Part shown: piece by piece, positions 39,920 through 47,715 of the stretch
Position numbering within the stretch: the first letter of the stretch is position 1
Layout of the letters: each line of letters starts with the position of its first letter
NCBI GenBank assembly: GCA_017938245.1
Contig: JAGBBX010000024.1
Span: 47,050-111,049 of the forward strand
Length of the DNA stretch: 64,000 nt
Origin: Bacteroidaceae bacterium
GTDB taxonomy: Bacteria; Bacteroidota; Bacteroidia; Bacteroidales; Bacteroidaceae
Direction: 5' to 3'
Translations under genes and position numbers: made by a program
Notes under the pieces: generated by a model
Databases searched by the model: none
The model's input: only the letters and a program-made list of their open reading frames with translations
Told to the model about the DNA's origin: nothing

Positions 39920-41266
39920 ATGGGATTCAAGGATTTAATTATGGGCTTCTCCCCAAAGCCTGACAACATCATACACACGCCCCATGGGGATTTTATTCTC
40001 GCCAAGGGAGACAAGAGGAGCGTGCGGAAGGTCATCATCGACCTGCAGAAGACTACCGATGCCCTGACCCGTCAGGATATGCAGGACTGGCGTCACGCCT
40101 GGCAGCTGGCTATCAATGTGGATAACCCCAACAGGCAACGCCTTTATGACATCTACCGCGATGCGCTCGTGGATCTTCACCTGTCGGGCTGTATCGAGCA
40201 GCGAAAGGGATTCGTAATGTCACGCTCGTTCAAGTTAGTCGATGCCAAAGGAAAGGAGAACGAGGAAGCGAAACACTTCTTTGAGCAGTCCTGGTTCAAG
40301 CAGCTGCTCAAGTATGCGCTCGACTCCATCTATTGGGGGCACTCGCTCATTGAGCTGGGGGACATCACGACTGACGGAGACGGCTGTATCTGCTACAGCG
40401 GGGTAACCCTGTTGCCACGAAAGCACGTCATTCCTGAATATGGGCGCGTGGTACCACAGCTCGGCATGGACTGGACTTCTGGAACGGAGTACCGAGAACC
40501 GCCGTTCACGGACTGGCTCATCGAGGCTGGTCTGCCCGATGATTTGGGTCTGCTCCTCAAGGCTGCCACACAGACCATCGCCAAGAAGAATATGCTCGCC
40601 TTCTGGGATACCTTCGGAGAGATCTTCGGTATGCCTATGCGTATTGCCAGGACAACATCCCGAGACCCGAAGGAACACGCCCAGCTGATGAGTATGCTTG
40701 ACGCTTCAGGAACAAAGCTCTCCATGGTGACAACCACCGAAACGGAGATAGAGTTCAAGGAGACCGCCAAAGGCGATGCCTACAATGTATATAACCAGCG
40801 TGTGGACCGTGCCAACTCGGAGCTCTCAAAGCTCATCATCGGTCAGACAATGACCATCGAGGACGGCAGCAGCCTCTCACAATCACAGACGCACCTCGAG
40901 GTGTTCGAGAACCTGGTGGAGAGTGACCGCGACATGCTGCGCGACATCGTGAACAACCAGCTCATACCTCGTATGGTGAAGCACGGTTTCCCCATCAAGG
41001 GGCTTCGCTTCGAATGGGACGATGCGGTGGACTATACTCCCGAGCAGCAGGTGGCATACGAGACTATGATTGCGGACCGCTATGAGGTGGACCCGACATA
41101 CTTTGCCGAGAAGTACAGTATGCCTGTAGGGGAACGCCGCCAGGCGACACCCGTCGCCCCTGCTCCTGATGACAACGATGATGAAGGCAACGACCCGACA
41201 GGGGGAGACGAAGACGGCAACAAGCCGAAAGGCAAGCAAAAGAACGCCCACCGTTTTTTCGACTAA
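39920..41266 (+). CDS. Portal protein (DUF935, Mu gp29-like)
   Basis: 448 aa with an acidic C-terminal tail, followed by a MuF-like gene. Confidence 0.85.
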   Translation: MGFKDLIMGFSPKPDNIIHTPHGDFILAKGDKRSVRKVIIDLQKTTDALTRQDMQDWRHAWQLAINVDNPNRQRLYDIYRDALVDLHLSGCIEQRKGFVMSRSFKLVDAKGKENEEAKHFFEQSWFKQLLKYALDSIYWGHSLIELGDITTDGDGCICYSGVTLLPRKHVIPEYGRVVPQLGMDWTSGTEYREPPFTDWLIEAGLPDDLGLLLKAATQTIAKKNMLAFWDTFGEIFGMPMRIARTTSRDPKEHAQLMSMLDASGTKLSMVTTTETEIEFKETAKGDAYNVYNQRVDRANSELSKLIIGQTMTIEDGSSLSQSQTHLEVFENLVESDRDMLRDIVNNQLIPRMVKHGFPIKGLRFEWDDAVDYTPEQQVAYETMIADRYEVDPTYFAEKYSMPVGERRQATPVAPAPDDNDDEGNDPTGGDEDGNKPKGKQKNAHRFFD

Positions 41267-41280
41267 GCCCCACTGACTAT

Positions 41281-42669
41281 GTGGGGCTGCACCAAAGGTA
41301 TGCAACACTGCTTGAGGGGCAACCGCTTGACTTTATCGCTGGGCGTAAGGAGGAAGAGGAGAAGATACGCACCCAACTGTCGGAGCTCTTTGACGGGATG
41401 ATGCAAACGCTGTTCCGTCAGCAGGGGGCTCACCTCGACATAGAGGTTCTGGAGACTCCCAAAATGCAGGAGTTCATAGAAGCACACGCTTCGGTGCTTG
41501 ACTCGTCTTTCAAGAAGGTGAAGATGTCCGACCTTATGCGCCGTAGGCTCACACGCTCAAACTATATCTTCTCGGGAATGAAGACCTTCCACGAGCTGAA
41601 CGAGGCGTTCCCCTCCCTGCTCGACGAGGACGGCAGCCGAAAACCGTTCGAACGCTTTTTGAACGATGTTCGAAAGATAGACGAGAAGTACAACGGCAAC
41701 TATCTGCGTGCGGAGTACAACTTCGTGGTCTCCTCGGCTGAAATGGCTGCCCGCTGGGAGGGCTTTATGGAAGACGGGGACCGTTACCACCTCCAGTACA
41801 GAACTGCCAACGACGGCAAGGTACGCCCCGAACACGCCGCGATGCACGGGATAACGCTCCCGCCTTCAGACTCGTTCTGGGAGGAGTTCTACCCACCCAA
41901 CGGCTGGAACTGCCGATGCACGGTCATACAGGTACGCAAGTCAAAGCACCCTGCAACTGACCACGAGGAGGCTATGGCACTCGGGGAACTCGCCACAGGC
42001 AGGGACTCCAAAGGCATCTTCCGTTTCAATCCTGGCAAAGAGGGAAAGAGCGTGCCCGACTACAACCCCTACACGATACGCAAGTGCAAGAGCTGCGACA
42101 TCGCCAAGGGTAAACTGAATACCGCAAAGCCGTTCATTCCAGAGAATGAGATGTGTGCTGCGTGCAAGCTCATCAGGGCACAGTTGGAGGACAACATCGG
42201 AGCATCAAGACGAATAGTCAGATACAACGAGGAGGAATGGGAAAGAACTTATATCTCCCCTAATGACAACGGGCTTGTCGCCACACAGTGGGAGCGCATC
42301 GCCGAATCGGAGGCAAGCAACTCCGAGCGTCAGAAGTTCGTCAAGGAGATGCGCATGTGCAAGGTGTTGGCCGACAACGGGCACGATGTGGAATATCTGC
42401 AGGGAGTAAACCGCCCAGCTGGTCAGACATACGACATCCGTATGGACGGCATAAAAGCCGACTTGAAGTGTATTACTGGCGGTGCTGGCAATATAGTCAA
42501 GTACATAAAAAAGGCCTTGACGAAGCAAGGCGGTGAAGCGGTTATTCTGGAACTTCCGAATAGTCCTGGTGTAGAGTTCTACGAGGCATTGGCTGAAGCA
42601 AGAAGAAAATGCAGAGGCCGTATTTTATTCTACATTCATGATGACAATGTCCTGAAAGAGGTAAAATAA
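41281..42669 (+). CDS. MuF/SPP1 gp7-like head morphogenesis protein with an extra C-terminal domain
   Basis: MuF core ...RPEHAAMHGITLP...NGWNCRCTV. The C-terminal roughly 110-160 aa carry an E...D-x9-DLK pattern. The start is GTG and uncertain. Confidence 0.85.
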   Translation: MGLHQRYATLLEGQPLDFIAGRKEEEEKIRTQLSELFDGMMQTLFRQQGAHLDIEVLETPKMQEFIEAHASVLDSSFKKVKMSDLMRRRLTRSNYIFSGMKTFHELNEAFPSLLDEDGSRKPFERFLNDVRKIDEKYNGNYLRAEYNFVVSSAEMAARWEGFMEDGDRYHLQYRTANDGKVRPEHAAMHGITLPPSDSFWEEFYPPNGWNCRCTVIQVRKSKHPATDHEEAMALGELATGRDSKGIFRFNPGKEGKSVPDYNPYTIRKCKSCDIAKGKLNTAKPFIPENEMCAACKLIRAQLEDNIGASRRIVRYNEEEWERTYISPNDNGLVATQWERIAESEASNSERQKFVKEMRMCKVLADNGHDVEYLQGVNRPAGQTYDIRMDGIKADLKCITGGAGNIVKYIKKALTKQGGEAVILELPNSPGVEFYEALAEARRKCRGRILFYIHDDNVLKEVK

Positions 42670-42777
42670 AAATGGGACACCCATCGATGCCCCGTTGGCG
42701 GTACACGGTCACTGACCCTGTCCCTACACATTGCTGTGCACTGCAAAGATACAAACATTTTTTCAAATCCAAGCAAT

Positions 42778-43011
42778 ATGAACAAAATTATTTCATTTCT
42801 GAAAGAAAGCAACCGCTACAAACACCTTATCGGAGGCTTCTTTGTAGGGTTGCTTGCCTTGACACCCTGGACCGCTATTTATGCGGCTGCAGTAGCTGCT
42901 TCTTGCCTTGAACTCAAGGACAAGCTCAAAGGCTGCTACTGGGACTGGCTTGACTGGATCCTGACTGTTGTCGGCGGTGGAATTGCTGCCATTATTTGGT
43001 TGTTCCTGTAG
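42778..43011 (+). CDS. Small two-TM membrane protein
   Basis: 77 aa with hydrophobic segments LIGGFFVGLLAL...AAAVAASCL and ILTVVGGGIAAIIWLFL. Confidence 0.6.
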   Translation: MNKIISFLKESNRYKHLIGGFFVGLLALTPWTAIYAAAVAASCLELKDKLKGCYWDWLDWILTVVGGGIAAIIWLFL

Positions 43012-43072
43012 CCGACATTCTCGGAGTTCGTGTTTATTCAGTACCTTTGTAGCCGAATTGGTGGAGTTCCCC

Positions 43073-43195
43073 ATAAGCCGTGTGGTTTATCGTGGCAACA
43101 ACAACGCGAACTCGAATGGCGGTGTGTCGTACGCGAATGCGAATAACGATGCTTCGAACTCGAACACGAATATCGGGTCGCGCCTGGCAAACAAC
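43073..43195 (+). repeat. DGR template repeat (TR)
   Basis: Adenine-rich copy of the VR. In the VR frame it reads SRVVYRGNNNANSNGGVSYANANNDASNSNTNIGSRLANN (AAC-rich). It lies about 190 nt upstream of the RT start. Confidence 0.92.
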
Positions 43196-43386
43196 CAAAG
43201 TATTTATATCGGCGTACAACACCGAGGATGTATCCTCACCGTCGTGCCGAGGGGAGCAAGCCACAGCAACAGCAGTCACAGACTGGAAAGCTGAAAAATT
43301 AAACGGACGGGTAGAGTTTGGTAGGTCCTGACGGATTCGAAGAACTTGGACCCAAGGAAGGAAGGCAACAGCCTCAAACTAACAGT

Positions 43387-44688
43387 ATGCGAAGAGAAGG
43401 TTACATCATCAAGGAGATTGTGGACTACTCCAATATGGCGGAGTCGTTCAACCAGGTACTCCGTGGCAAAAAGCGGAAACGCTGCCGCCAGGGGCGTTAT
43501 CTTCTTGCGCATCGGGAGGAGGTCATTCAGGAACTGACCAACCAGATTGCCGACGGCTCATTCAAAGTGAGCGGATATCGGGAGAGGGAGATTGTGGAGG
43601 GTGGCAAGCTCCGCCGTATTCAGGTTCTCTCTATGAAAGACCGTATCGCCGTTCACGCCATAATGGCAGTGGTCGACAGGCACCTGAAGAAGCGGTTCAT
43701 ACGCACGACCTCCGCAAGTATCGAGGGACGGGGAATGCACGACCTGATGAAGTACATTCGCCGTGACTTACAAGAAGACCCCGAAGGAACACAGTACTGC
43801 TACAAGTTCGACATCTCAAAGTTCTATGAGAATGTGAAGCAGGACTTCGTTATGTACTGCGTCCGCAGGGTGTTCAAGGACAAGACGCTCATCAACCTGC
43901 TCGACGGGTTTGTCCGAATGATGCCTGACGGTATCAGTATCGGGCTCCGCTCATCACAGGGACTGGGCAACCTCTTATTGTCTGTCTATTTAGACCATTA
44001 TCTGAAGGACAGGTACGGAGTCCGTCATTTCTACCGCTATTGTGATGACGGGGTCGTACTCGGTAACGCGAAATCGGAACTGTGGGAGATTCGTGATGCC
44101 GTCCACGAACAGCTGGAGCAAATCGACCTCAAGGTGAAAGCCAACGAGCGTGTGTTCCCAGTGGACGAGGGCATTGACTTCCTGGGATATGTCATCTATC
44201 CCGACCATGTGCGACTACGCAAGCGCATTAAGCAGAAGTTCGCCCGAAAGATGCACGAGGTAAAAAGTAGAAAAAGGCGGCGTGTTTTGATAGCAAGCTT
44301 CTACGGAATGGCAAAGCACGCCAACTGTATAATGTTGTTTAATAAATTAACAGGCAAAGAAATGAAATCATTTAAGGATTTGAATGTCGCTTACAAGCCC
44401 GAAGACGGCAAGAAGCGATTTGCGGGTGCGGTGGTAAGCATCCGCGAGTTGGTGAACCTGCCCATCGTAGTAAAAGACTTCGAGACTGGAGTGAAGACCA
44501 GCCAGGGCGAAGACCGCTGTGTCGTTGCCATCGAGGTGAACGGTGAGCAGAAGAAGTTCTTCACCAATTCAGAGGAGATGAAGAACATCCTCCAACAAGT
44601 GAGTGAAATGCCCGATGGCTTCCCCTTCGAAACCACCATCAAGTCGGAGACCTTCGGCAAAGGTAGAACAAAGTACGTCTTCACTTAG
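43387..44688 (+). CDS. DGR reverse transcriptase with a roughly 110-aa C-terminal extension
   Basis: 433 aa from MRREGY. It has the DGR-type motif SIGLRSSQ and catalytic YCDD. Residues about 321-433 extend beyond the expected thumb. Confidence 0.92.
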   Translation: MRREGYIIKEIVDYSNMAESFNQVLRGKKRKRCRQGRYLLAHREEVIQELTNQIADGSFKVSGYREREIVEGGKLRRIQVLSMKDRIAVHAIMAVVDRHLKKRFIRTTSASIEGRGMHDLMKYIRRDLQEDPEGTQYCYKFDISKFYENVKQDFVMYCVRRVFKDKTLINLLDGFVRMMPDGISIGLRSSQGLGNLLLSVYLDHYLKDRYGVRHFYRYCDDGVVLGNAKSELWEIRDAVHEQLEQIDLKVKANERVFPVDEGIDFLGYVIYPDHVRLRKRIKQKFARKMHEVKSRKRRRVLIASFYGMAKHANCIMLFNKLTGKEMKSFKDLNVAYKPEDGKKRFAGAVVSIRELVNLPIVVKDFETGVKTSQGEDRCVVAIEVNGEQKKFFTNSEEMKNILQQVSEMPDGFPFETTIKSETFGKGRTKYVFT

Positions 44689-44709
44689 ACGCACGCAACA
44701 TTTCAATGT

Positions 44710-45192
44710 ATGAGAAGAATTGAAGGCTCTGCAGGGGTCAAACTGATAGAATGTACACACCCTGCAAAAAACAGATGGCATATCCGTTGGGATGTGCAGG
44801 AGAACGAGGACGGCTCGGCTACCTACATGGAGGAGGAGTTCAACCACCGACCTACTGAAGACGAGATAAAGAAGACCGTTGTCGACTGGATCAACGCCCA
44901 GACGGACGAGGCTATATTGTCAGGCTTCGAGTGGAACGGCATGCGTGTATGGTTGTCTGGAGAGAACCAGTTCAACTATAAGGCAGCGCACGACCTCGCA
45001 CACCAAATGCCTGAAGCAGCCCTGCCTGTAAAGTTCAAGTTCGGCACGGACGATGAACCTTGCTATCACACATTCCAGACCGTGGAAGAACTGACGGACT
45101 TCTATGTGCAATCAATCAAGTATATTCAGGGGAAACTGGATATCGGTTGGGACAAAAAGGACGCTTTCAGTTTGGACTCATACCGAGTGTAG
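44710..45192 (+). CDS. DUF4376-like protein (fibre-assembly-associated domain?)
   Basis: 160-aa ORF directly after the RT. The assignment is tentative, from sequence character only. Confidence 0.55.
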   Translation: MRRIEGSAGVKLIECTHPAKNRWHIRWDVQENEDGSATYMEEEFNHRPTEDEIKKTVVDWINAQTDEAILSGFEWNGMRVWLSGENQFNYKAAHDLAHQMPEAALPVKFKFGTDDEPCYHTFQTVEELTDFYVQSIKYIQGKLDIGWDKKDAFSLDSYRV

Positions 45193-45212
45193 AACAACCC
45201 TTTGGGGGAGGG

Positions 45213-45360
45213 AATAAAAAAAGCCCCCAGCCTGTTAATCAGTCGTCTCACTTACTTATTAACACCACACCCGAAGAAGGCGGGACTGGGGGCTATATAC
45301 CCTCATTCGCCTTTTTCGGGTGACTTTTTTGTGGTGTGCCGAAGCACATAAATAAGTGAG
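45213..45360 (-). ncRNA. Candidate structured small RNA (antisense orientation)
   Basis: A minus-strand TATCTTTG box lies at 45367-45374. There is a cUUCGg hairpin (45336-45347), nested helices, and an 8-bp GC stem (45223-30/45286-93) followed by U7 on the minus strand. Confidence 0.3.
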
Positions 45361-45383
45361 ACGGTGCAAAGATAGTAAAATTT

Positions 45384-45632
45384 TTGCGTATGAAAGTAAT
45401 TGAGATACTAAACTTGAACAAAGAGCTGCTAAAAAACTTTCAAAAGGCAGGCATAAGGATGGACGATGTGCAATATATCGACCTTTTTAACGAGTACCTG
45501 GCACTGGTCACTCGAGGGGAGAAAGTCTCCTATATCGTGGCGACTCTCGCCGACAAGTACTCCGTCAGCGAACGCAAGGTGTACGACCTGATTAAACGCT
45601 TCAAAAGCGACTGCAATCTGCTTGCAGTGTAA
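45384..45632 (+). CDS. Small HTH protein (Mor/C-like activator candidate)
   Basis: 82 aa with C-terminal HTH-like YSVSERKVYDLIKRF. Confidence 0.6.
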   Translation: MRMKVIEILNLNKELLKNFQKAGIRMDDVQYIDLFNEYLALVTRGEKVSYIVATLADKYSVSERKVYDLIKRFKSDCNLLAV

Positions 45633-45670
45633 TCTGCAGGGCTATGCCGTAAGCTTCGGAATTGCCGTAC

Positions 45671-45678
45671 TACCTTTG
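45671..45678 (+). promoter_or_regulatory. -7 box TACCTTTG upstream of the ThyA-like gene
   Basis: TAnnTTTG match about 24 nt before the ATG at 45702. Confidence 0.45.
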
Positions 45679-45701
45679 CATACCATTTCAAATGTACGGC
45701 T

Positions 45702-46340
45702 ATGAACAAGTATCATCAAATCCTGCACAAGGTGCTTGCATCGGGCAAGAACCAGACGAACAAGAAGGGGAACATCCGCTACTTGCTCAACGAACAACTG
45801 TCATTAACGCCAGCCGACCTGCTCGACATCTTCGAGGGGCACGGCATAGCACGCAAGAAGCTCCGCTCCGAACTCCAGCTGTTTATGCAAGGGGAGCGCA
45901 ATGTGGAGAAGTACCGCGATGCTGGTATCAACTGGTGGGACTACTGCGGTTCCATCCTCGTAAACTCTTATCCAACCTACTTCGAGAAGCTGCCGCCTCT
46001 CATTGAGAAAATCAACAGAGAGAAGCGAAGCAGCAAAAACTATGTGCTGTTCCTCGGGGCGACAAACGCCGAGAGCAACCAGGCACCCTGCTTGAGTCTG
46101 GTACAGTTCCAGATCGACGAGGGCGAACTGGTGGTGTCAGCATACCAGCGCAGCTCCGATGCCAACCTCGGACTCCCTGCAGATATTTACCACCTCTATC
46201 TTATGGCACGACAGATAGACCTGCCTTTGAAATCAATCACGCTGTTCCTTGGTAATGTTCACATATACCAAAACAACATAGAGAAGACCGAGTCGCTGCT
46301 GGAAGGCAACGACAATGTAAAATTTGAATTAAACACATAA
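45702..46340 (+). CDS. Short thymidylate synthase/pyrimidine hydroxymethylase-family protein
   Basis: 212 aa with APCLSLVQFQ (catalytic Cys loop), YQRSSDANLGLPADI and GNVHIYQNN. These parallel the ThyA motifs PCH..QF, YQRS.D..LG.PFNI and GD.H.Y.NH. Confidence 0.75.
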   Translation: MNKYHQILHKVLASGKNQTNKKGNIRYLLNEQLSLTPADLLDIFEGHGIARKKLRSELQLFMQGERNVEKYRDAGINWWDYCGSILVNSYPTYFEKLPPLIEKINREKRSSKNYVLFLGATNAESNQAPCLSLVQFQIDEGELVVSAYQRSSDANLGLPADIYHLYLMARQIDLPLKSITLFLGNVHIYQNNIEKTESLLEGNDNVKFELNT

Positions 46341-47195
46341 ATGAGAAAAAACTATCTGTCAGCCCCACTGCCATTCGTGGGGCAAAAGCGTATGTTCGCA
46401 CGCGAATTCATCAAGGTTCTTGAGCAATATCCCGAAGACACCGTTTTTGTGGATCTGTTCGGCGGTTCGGGCTTGTTGTCCCACATCGCCAAGTGCCAGA
46501 AGCCAAATGCCACCGTCGTATATAATGACTTCGACAACTACCGCCTTCGCCTGGAGAACATACCCCGAACCAATGTCCTACTCGCTGACCTGCGTGCCAT
46601 CGTGGGCGATATGCCGAAACACAGCTGCATCAAAGGGGAGAAGCGAGACCTCATATTTGCCCGTCTGGAACAGGAAGAGCGAGAGTATGGTTATATAGAC
46701 TTCATCACCGTATCCTCCGCTCTTATGTTCTCGATGAAGTACAAACTGAGCATTCCCGAAATGAAAAAGGAGGCCCTCTACAACAACATACGCAAGGCGG
46801 ACTATCCTCCATCGGCGGACTACCTCGAGGGTATCACCATCGTCTCGGCTGACTACAAGGAGGTATTCAGGCAGTACAAGGACACCCCGAACGTGGTGTT
46901 CCTGGTTGACCCGCCATACTTGAGTACCGAGGTCGGGACATACAGCATGTATTGGAAACTGGCGGACTACCTCGATGTGCTTACCATCCTGGCAGGACAT
47001 CAGTTCATTTACTTCACCTCAAACAAGTCCTCCGTCGTAGAACTCTGCGACTGGCTCGGCAAGAACCAGACCGTGGGCAACCCGTTCAAGAACTGCCGCA
47101 AGGTGGAATTCAACGCAACAATGAACTACAATGCCCACTATACGGATATGATGTTCTACACCCAGAAGGAAGAACAACATCGCATCGCCGCCTAA
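46341..47195 (+). CDS. Dam-like N6-adenine DNA methyltransferase (D12 class)
   Basis: 284 aa with the SAM motif VDLFGGSG and catalytic DPPY. Confidence 0.85.
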   Translation: MRKNYLSAPLPFVGQKRMFAREFIKVLEQYPEDTVFVDLFGGSGLLSHIAKCQKPNATVVYNDFDNYRLRLENIPRTNVLLADLRAIVGDMPKHSCIKGEKRDLIFARLEQEEREYGYIDFITVSSALMFSMKYKLSIPEMKKEALYNNIRKADYPPSADYLEGITIVSADYKEVFRQYKDTPNVVFLVDPPYLSTEVGTYSMYWKLADYLDVLTILAGHQFIYFTSNKSSVVELCDWLGKNQTVGNPFKNCRKVEFNATMNYNAHYTDMMFYTQKEEQHRIAA

Positions 47196-47223
47196 AGGCG
47201 TTTTAACGCCGTTCTAACGCAAC

Positions 47224-47263
47224 AAAAAGAGCGTCCCAAGCAAATAGCCAAGGACGCTCTTTT
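47224..47263. terminator. Bidirectional terminator (AGAGCGTCC/GGACGCTCT)
   Basis: 9-bp stem flanked by A5 and T4, between convergent phage genes. Confidence 0.7.
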
Positions 47264-47277
47264 CGCGTGGATATGGG

Positions 47278-47715
47278 CTAAATATGCCGCACACCGCGCA
47301 ACCTGTAAACCTCTACGCTTTCCACAATCTCCTCGTGGTCGTGATTCGTGTAGGTTTCCGCCAAATGCAGGGCGTGGAACTTCTCTCCAGCAAGCCCATC
47401 GATGACCTTCTGTATCTTCTCTGAATAGTCGAATACTGCCAACGCTGCATCCTGGTCTGAACTGCCGTCTGCAGCAGAACCTTTCCAGTCGGTCACGATG
47501 TGAAGCTTCACAAGTCCAGTGCCACGCTGGGTCTTGCCACCCGTAGTCTGCTCCCAGGTTATCGGGCAAATCTCGATAAATACTGCAGGGCGTTCCCAAG
47601 CCTCCTCCTGCTCGATGAACTCCACATTGCGGTTCCACAAGTCTATGTGCTTAATCTCTCCATCGCCTATGCTTCTCAACTTCTCGCACAGGGCTTTGTA
47701 TAACTCTGTTCTCAT
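47278..47715 (-). CDS. Head-tail joining/neck protein
   Basis: 145-aa ORF following the Mu G-like gene. No firm family assignment. Confidence 0.55.
   Translation of the reverse strand: MRTELYKALCEKLRSIGDGEIKHIDLWNRNVEFIEQEEAWERPAVFIEICPITWEQTTGGKTQRGTGLVKLHIVTDWKGSAADGSSDQDAALAVFDYSEKIQKVIDGLAGEKFHALHLAETYTNHDHEEIVESVEVYRLRGVRHI

Noticed and set aside
42778-43011. Whether the ORF just upstream of the TR is the DGR accessory protein Avd.
   Set aside because: It is a 77-aa protein with two hydrophobic TM-like segments, not a soluble basic four-helix bundle of about 110-130 aa. It was therefore not called Avd.
45223-45293. A 71-nt segment closed by an 8-bp GC stem that initially looked tRNA-sized.
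   Set aside because: No cloverleaf can be drawn. There is no T-loop GTTCRA motif, the arm lengths are wrong, and there is no proper D-arm. It was treated instead as part of a larger structured element.
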